Shown: in pieces, positions 37,513 to 44,411 of the stretch | Position numbering within the stretch: position 1 is the stretch's first letter | How the letters are laid out: each line of letters opens with the position of its first letter | Origin: Octopus bimaculoides | Lineage: Eukaryota | DNA length: 44,411 bases | Assembly: GCF_001194135.2 (NCBI RefSeq) | Contig: NC_068981.1 | Location: 175,274,420-175,318,830 of the forward strand | Direction of reading: 5' to 3' | The notes under the pieces: model-generated | Database searches by the model: none | What the model was told of the DNA's origin: nothing | What the model saw: the letters and a program-made list of their open reading frames with translations, nothing else | Position numbers and translations under genes: made by a program

Positions 37513-37654
37513 CGCTGAATATCCCCGAGAGCTAAGTTAAGGGTACACGTGTCTGTGGAGTGCTCAGCCACTTGCACGTTAATTTCACGAGCAGGCTGTT
37601 CTGTTCATCGGATCAACTGGAACACTCGTCGTCGAAACCGACGGAGTGCCATCA
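37513..37654 (+). mobile_element. 5'-truncated copy of the family B/C shared tail
   Basis: AAGGGTACACGTGTCTGTGGAGTGCTCAGCCACTTGCACGTTAATTTCACGAGCAGGCTG matches the reverse complement of 23350-23490. Confidence 0.92.
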
Positions 37655-37708
37655 TATATATTTACTCACAAACACATATGTATATGCGTGTCTAATAAGT
37701 TAAAAAAC

Positions 37709-37785
<77 letters not shown>

Positions 37786-37850
37786 NNNNNNNNNNNNNNN
37801 NNNNNNNNNNNNNNNNNNNNNNNNNNNNNNNNNNNNNNNNNNNNNNNNNN

Positions 37851-37921
<71 letters not shown>

Positions 37922-38444
37922 CGTACGCATGTATATACATGAATGTATGTATATATGCATGTATGTTTGTATGTAAGTATATACGTACGTATGTATGTAC
38001 ATGTAAGCTTTCTAAAGTTAATTTGAGTATGTTTTACGTCTGGTTACCATAGAGATTATGGAGACTCAAGAACGAATATTAAAAAGAGTGTAGGTGTAGG
38101 CTGTGTTATAGATAATGACGTGAATTCGACGAGTTTCTTCGGCAAGTAAGGAACTCCGTAGAGAGATAAGCACTGATTCAAAGAACACAGCAGCATAAGA
38201 ATAGAAATGAGCAAATAATGCTAGCAGAACTAAAAAGATTAATTGAAGATATCAGAGGATATTGAACAAGTTTACGTTCGCTCAGACGTTTATATATCTG
38301 CATAGAGCAAAGTATAATTAATCCTATTGAGAGTGATCTGAGGATGTATTATGCAAGCATGTATTATACATGTGCGCATGTGTATGCATGTATGTGTATG
38401 CATGAATGCAAAGTGTCGTTGTACAAAGTGTCGTTTGAGCGTCA

Positions 38445-38555
38445 GATGAAATTTGTATTAGTTCTGGCTCTATGCGCTCAGAGTTCAAATCCTACACAGA
38501 TCAACTTTTCATTATCCCAGGATCGATAAATGAAATACTAGACAAATATAGGGGT
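38445..38555 (+). mobile_element. Highly decayed SINE family A-like fragment
   Basis: CAGAGTTCAAATCC...GATCGATAAATGAAATAC resembles the family A core. Confidence 0.45.
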
Positions 38556-38565
38556 GATCGCTTCT

Positions 38566-38598
<33 letters not shown>

Positions 38599-38680
38599 AC
38601 GGAATCGGCTATTTTGGACCGTAAAAAGAGTTGTAAAGTTTCTTTCCACATGAATGAAGTAAGGTTAAGCGAATATTAAT

Positions 38681-38740
<60 letters not shown>

Positions 38741-38743
<3 letters not shown>

Positions 38744-39060
38744 TCTGTTATTCCTTTATTTGTTACAGCCATTTGACTGCGGCTATGCTGGAGTACCGTC
38801 TTTAGTTGAACAAATCAATCCCACTTACTCTTTGTAAGCCTAGTACTTTTCTCTCGGTCTGTGTTTGTCCCCGCCACCATCGCTTGAAAACCGATGTTGG
38901 TGTGTTTACGACCCCATATCTTAGCGGTTCGGCAAAAGTGACGGATAGAATAAGTACTAGGCTTACAAAGAATAAGTCCTGAGGTCGATTTGTTTAACTA
39001 AAAGTGGTGCTCCAGCATGGCTGCAGTCAGATTTTTGAAAAAAGTAAAAGAATAAAAGCA
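38741..39060. mobile_element. Fold-back pair of SINE family D tails (minus copy 38741-38860, plus copy ~38865-39060)
   Basis: The reverse complement of the left arm aligns to 38938-39058 (AAGTACTAGGCTTACAAAGA...CTCCAGCAT.GC.GCAGTCA). Confidence 0.9.
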
Positions 39061-39064
39061 TGTA

Positions 39065-39100
<36 letters not shown>

Positions 39101-39211
39101 TGTATGTATGTATACACACACATATATATAGGTATGTATGTATATATGAGTATATATATGCTTATACACACACACGCAAGCACACTCTACGATGTAGAGC
39201 AGTGTACATTT

Positions 39212-39399
39212 TAATGGTGAAGGCCGGTTTATGGGATTACTCTAGGTTTCCCGTCCATAAAGGGTTTAGCTTTATGGCGTATCGTCAGATTCCAAAACCT
39301 GTTGGCCAAAAGGTTTTGGGGCCTAACGATACGCCATAAAGCTAAACTATTTATGGACGGGAATCCCAGAGTAATCCCATAAATCGGCCTTCCTCATTA
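39212..39399. mobile_element. 188-bp almost fully palindromic element (MITE/foldback-like)
   Basis: 74-bp arms (39212-39285 / 39326-39399) with 7 mismatches, an inner stem CCAAAACCT/AGGTTTTGG, and a central TTGGCCAA. It begins and ends in TA. Confidence 0.9.
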
Positions 39400-39413
39400 A
39401 ATATATGTATGTA

Positions 39414-39454
<41 letters not shown>

Positions 39455-39483
39455 ATACACACAAATGATACAGAAACTGTGCA

Positions 39484-39484
<1 letters not shown>

Positions 39485-39525
<41 letters not shown>

Positions 39526-39562
39526 AAGAAGAAGAAGAAGAAGAAGAAAAAAGCAGCATCAT

Positions 39563-39596
<34 letters not shown>

Positions 39597-39615
39597 TCTT
39601 GCTGTGGTGATCATT

Positions 39616-39668
<53 letters not shown>
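39485..39668. repeat. (TAG)n/(GAA)n compound microsatellite
   Basis: Directly visible. Confidence 0.96.
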
Positions 39669-39669
<1 letters not shown>

Positions 39670-41022
39670 TTGGTGACTGCGGCGTTATGTGTGTCTGTGT
39701 GTATATATCCAAGAATGTGCATAGAGATGTATATATTTATTCACTTGTAGAGAAATGTATGCACATGTGTTTGTATTTACTGATACATGTTTGTGTCTAC
39801 GCTTATCCGGCTATGTTATCTCTGGACTTTTTCTTATTGACTTGCGACTTTTCCGATCTTGATTAAACCCGATGGTGATTTTTTTTTTTGCTTAGTCTTA
39901 CAATATTTGATTAGTTTTTCGCGTCTGAGATTTTTTTTTTCTCTCTGTAAAATTGTCTATATTTGCAATGGCGTCAATTGTTTGAGTGAGAGAGGATTTA
40001 GTCGATATTTTTAGCGAGAAATTTTCATTCGAAGAACCGATAACAAATTAAACACTGATGAATCAGTCTTTCTCTTATAAAGATCTTTAGACTATCGTCG
40101 GATTATTACGAAGGAAACCATTAAATAAAGAAATGAAGCGCATATATCTTCTATCTATGTTTGGGACGCCCTGGAGCTTTTCAAACTAATTGAAGAAAAG
40201 AAACATAATGTATACTACATATATATATANNNNNNNNNNNNNNNNNNNNNNNNNNNNNNNNNNNNNNNNNNNNNNNNNNNNNNNNNNNNNNNNNNNNNNN
40301 NNNNNNNNNNNNNNNNNNNNNNNNNNNNNNNNNNNNNNNNNNNNNNNNNNNNNNNNNNNNNNNNNNNNNNNNNNNNNNNNNNNNNNNNNNNNNNNNNNNN
40401 NNNNNNNNNNNNNNNNNNNNNNNNNNNNNNNNNNNNNNNNNNNNNNNNNNNNNNNNNNNNNNNNNNNNNNNNNNNNNNNNNNNNNNNNNNNNNNNNNNNN
40501 NNNNNNNNNNNNNNNNNNNNNNNNNNNNNNNNNNNNNNNNNNNNNNNNNNNNNNNNNNNNNNNNNNNNNNNNNNNNNNNNNNNNNNNNNNNNNNNNNNNN
40601 NNNNNNNNNNNNNNNNNNNNNNNNNNNNNNNNNNNNNNNNNNNNNNNNNNNNNNNNNNNNNNNNNNNNNNNNNNNNNNNNNNNNNNNNNNNNNNNNNNNN
40701 NNNNNNNNNNNNNNNNNNNNNNNNNNNNNNNNNNNNNNNNNNNNNNNNNNNNNNNNNNNNNNNNNNNNNNNNNNNNNNNNNNNNNNNNNNNNNNNNNNNN
40801 NNNNNNNNNNNNNNNNNNNNNNNNNNNNNNNNNNNNNNNNNNNNNNNNNNNNNNNNNNNNNNNNNNNNNNNNNNNNNNNNNNNNNNNNNNNNNNNNNNNN
40901 NNNNNNNNNNNNNNNNNNNNNNNNNNNNNNNNNNNNNNNNNNNNNNNNNNNNNNNNNNNNNNNNNNNNNNNNNNNNNNNNNNNNNNNNNNNNNNNNNNNN
41001 NNNNNNNNNNNNNNNNNNNNNN

Positions 41023-41120
41023 TGTGTGTCCTAAATATCGCTTGACAACCGATGCTGATGTGTTTACTTCCCCGTAACTTAGCGGTTCGGCAAAAGAGAC
41101 CCATAGAATAAATACTAGGC
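41023..41120 (+). mobile_element. SINE family D fragment
   Basis: GTGTTTACTTCCCCGTAACTTAGCGGTTCGGCAAAAGAGACC matches 38900-38945. Confidence 0.9.
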
Positions 41121-41459
41121 CCCTATTCCTCTACTGTTTTCGACGTGGAGCCCTCCCCTCTCCTTTTGGAGGTGTCTTCAGCTCTGGTGTTGAATGCGTT
41201 TCTTCTTTCTCCTTTTTTTCTTTTGTTTTTTTTGGGGGGTTTCTCCGATGCAGCGTCAACAAATATGAGCGGGCGACCTGACCATCTTGCCAAATTACCA
41301 TTTAAATACTCGCCGGTAGGCTACAGTAGACAGCACCAGCTTACTGTCACGTGACACTGTCAAGCTTCAACAGACCAACAGAGGGTGAGGGCGCGTAGTT
41401 TTAGCACGTGCCCTCTCTAAACCTGCCTTCTGTCGTGTTAGTTTCAGTTCCAGCACCCA

Positions 41460-42620
41460 GTGCCGACCAGCTGTTTGGTGGTACAAGCCTTCGAACCAGG
41501 AGGAGGGCGCTATGAACGAGATCGCTATCTTGACCCACTTGTCAATCAGCGATGCTGCTTAAGTGTCAGCCAGCCTCACCTAGCGACTCTATTTCCCAGT
41601 CGGCATGTTTTGGGTCTTCTCGCTTCAGCCATATATAGAAGCTGGCTTTTTCCGACTACCTCCTTTATCCTACTTATTACTTTTCTCAGCTCTGAGCTCG
41701 AAAATGCAATCCTTTTAAATAACGTCATTTTCCTTTCAATGAAGCCTCTAGCCCCCACTGCCAGGTGGTATTACTCGACAGTCCATCCCTGTTCTCCGCA
41801 CTCTTCGATTAATCTCTCATACCTCTTCTCCTTCCATTGCTCTGCATTACCGATGTTCTCTTCCCATGACACTGTCAGCTCAGCAAAATTCCAATTTTCC
41901 GTTCTGAGTTCCATAGGATTAAGTCCGGTCTTTTTGTTGTTTTTATGAGTAGAAATATCAACAGTCTTTCCAAATCCGCGCGGCCAGCTCCCAGTATCCC
42001 TTCCATCTTTCGTCTATCTCGTATATTTTTTGAAAACTTGGCCTTATGTCCTTTTCCCTCCGTCTGAAAGTATATTTTTCCGCACTTTTCCACTTTTGGG
42101 TATTCTCCTCTATTATATCCCTCGGTCTTCTCCTTGAGTGCTGCCCTTATGACACCGAGGACTTGATTGTGACGCCATGTATATCTGTCTAGTGTTAGCC
42201 TGCAGTTTGACAGAACATGTCTCACCGTCGCTTTCTCTCCGCATCTACATTCATCAGTTATTTGTATGTTCCACCGGATAAATTCGCATGAGAAGGTAAA
42301 ATGCTGAAGATAAACTTAATCAGGAAGGATGTTCTTGCTTGTTCCCAAGCCCAAATTCCATCCACGAGATTCTGCGACTGACTACATATTCCTCCCTTCT
42401 AAGGCACTGTCCCTGTTGACTACATTGCACCAAATGTACAAATTCGCCTTTCTTCTTCCTCCCCTTTCACTTCGAGTACCACTGCCTCTTTCATCTCTTT
42501 TACACTGCTCATGCAAAATGGCTTGCAATTGTGCAACCCTAGGCCGGCTCTTGATTCTAGTGTCGCTCTGACTCTATCGGCATGCCTTAGCTTTCCGATT
42601 GCCCTGTTTACTGCCTCTTA
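41460..42620 (-). mobile_element. 5'-truncated HERO-like RLE non-LTR retrotransposon (post-RT region, CCHC knuckle, RLE), frameshifted
   Basis: Minus strand: EAVNRAIGKLRHADRVR...RAGLG...QQGQC...WEQARTSFLIKFIFSILPSHANL/RWNIQITDECRCGEKATVRHVLSNC...RYTWRHNQVL...KRPDLILW...AELTVSWEEN...VGARGF...EKASFYIWLKRED, stop at ~41566. The RHNQVL, RPDL and ELTV.WEE motifs are typical of HERO-type RLE elements. Confidence 0.88.
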
Positions 42621-43035
42621 CGCTGTAAAATATGTCATCACAATAAGAAATTTTTTTTACAATGTATATTATTTATTAATGCAAACCAATGTAGATGCTT
42701 CTACGTAATATCTCGATCTTGTACAAATAGCAGCCAAATCTCACCCTCGGCGCACTTTACTGTCTGAATGTAAAAGGACACATTGAATAATATAACATTG
42801 ATTATATAGCTCCTTTCGTTCAGACAAAAACAGCAACATTATTTATTTTGAATCTGTTGAAAAAACAAGCGGTGTGATTAGCTACTGAAAAGAATAATAT
42901 ACGCCATCAAGATCCTATTTTATTTGGCTTTCCTCTTTATTTTCATTCTACTGGAAAATGTGATGTAATAATAATATATTAGAGTCGTCTTTTCGCTGTG
43001 ACGTTGGTAAATGCCTAGCAATCTTGTTTTAAGAG

Positions 43036-43080
43036 CAGTGGTTCGTAAACATGTTTTACTTGCGACGCACTTTAAAGCAA
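43036..43080 (+). mobile_element. Possible hAT-like terminal sequence
   Basis: CAGTGGTTCGTAAAC...GCGACGCAC resembles hAT/MITE 5' ends. No matching right end was found. Confidence 0.25.
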
Positions 43081-43547
43081 AAATAAGAGATATTTGGGCA
43101 TGAAGTCAAAATATGCATTATAAAAAGTTATTTATATTTCTCTGTTTGACCTAGTACACAAGGTCTCCAATATTTCGTAGCACTTAATGATAGGTTGTAT
43201 GTATATAAAGATCAATTTATTTTCCCTATTTATTGTTTTATTCGTTTAACATAGATTTCATATCTGAGATTCTCAGAGTTATTATCATTGTAAATAAAAT
43301 CTGCACAGTGTATTATATGATAAAGTAAAATGGTTCAGATTTTCGATTATAAATATTATATAAAATTTATTTTATCAGCCACTTCACAAACACTCGGTTT
43401 TGGGTACTTGTTTTCTATCTTGGATTCGTGTTTATAAAGTGTCTAATTAAATTTAACGCCTATAACGCCTTCATATATATATATATATATATACATGTAT
43501 GTATGTATGTATGTATGTATGTATGTATGTATGTATGTATGTATATA

Positions 43548-44411
43548 CAGGAGATTGACAAAATAATTGAAACACCTAGCATCAGAGTATCATAATTTTG
43601 AAATATCTATAAAATCGTCAAAATCTTGTTTATTTTTGTTTTTTCATTTATTATTAGTGTTGCTTAATATGTTTAGCTAAAATTGCTGCTTAAAAAGGTA
43701 ATTAAAATTCATTAAAATGACAGATCTATCAAAGAGGTGGAATTGTTGGTGCTTGTATGGCAGGCGCTGCCGTAACGGAAACTGCCGAAATGTTTGGTGT
43801 ATCAACAAGTAATGTCTGGAAGTAATGACAGCCTGTGAGAAACAAGAAAAAAACCTCCTCGTCGAAACAAAACTCCGGAAGAAAACCAAAATTTTCAGAG
43901 AGGGACCATCGGACTCTTACACGAATTGTTAGAAAGGATAACAAAAGTACAGCTCCCAAAATTACTGCAGAGCTTAATGACCACCTCGGGAGCCCAATTT
44001 ATCTGAACAAATTCATCCTTTCGTTGCGTAACTGTTTCCGTAGGAAAACGCAATCTTTCAGAATGATAATGCACCAATTTACACAGCTAAAGTTGTTACT
44101 GAATGGCACGAGGAACATTCTAGTGAAGTTGAACATCTTATCTGGTCATCAGAGTCCCCAGATCTCAATATTATTAAACATTTATGGTGCATTTTAGAAA
44201 AATAAGTAAGGAGTCGATATCCTCCATCATCATCACTACAAGAACTGGAGACTGTTTTAGCTGAAATATAGACAAAAATTCCCTTGGAAAAAATTCAAAC
44301 TTTGTACGAGTCCATAGAATTCAAGCTGTAATTACTGCCAAAGGGGGTCCTAACCCATGTTAAAATAAATTTGTTTCAAATTTTAAGGTGTTTCCTTCCG
44401 TCCAATCCCTG
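43548..44411 (+). mobile_element. Internally deleted Tc1-like transposon with D36E spacing
   Basis: Left TIR TA-CAGGAGATTGACAAAATAATTGAAACACCT, and right TIR AGGTGTTTCC...TCCAATCCCTG at the window end. ATG at 43717 gives MTDLS...IVGACMAGA.VTETAEMFGVS...SGRKPK...TAPKITAELNDHL, joined at ~43997 to EQIHPFV...FQNDNAP...SPDLNIIKHLW...IQAVITAKGG. Multiple stops and frameshifts are present. Confidence 0.95.

Overview
This is repeat-dense, AT-rich eukaryotic DNA from a draft assembly, with 16 N-gaps totalling about 7 kb that mostly abut microsatellites. The microsatellite load and SINE families point to an octopus or other cephalopod genome (inference). I found no intact host gene, and most ORFs in the track are artefacts of microsatellites or N-runs. 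Supportable content: four tRNA-headed SINE families; an internally deleted Penelope-like element (PLE) and PLE pseudo-LTR fragments; two decayed mariner copies; a Tc1-like element with D36E spacing; restriction-like endonuclease (RLE) non-LTR fragments (HERO-like and R4/Dong-like); long palindromes; and a candidate CRE/ETS promoter near 27.67 kb. The most interesting signal is four separate minimal hammerhead-ribozyme (HHR) motifs, all decayed in these copies. One of them (17795-17840, minus) lies directly downstream of a tRNA-like Pol III promoter, inside inverted pLTR-like repeats. This suggests a non-coding, Pol III-driven, self-cleaving retroelement (a retrozyme or PLE-mobilised SINE).
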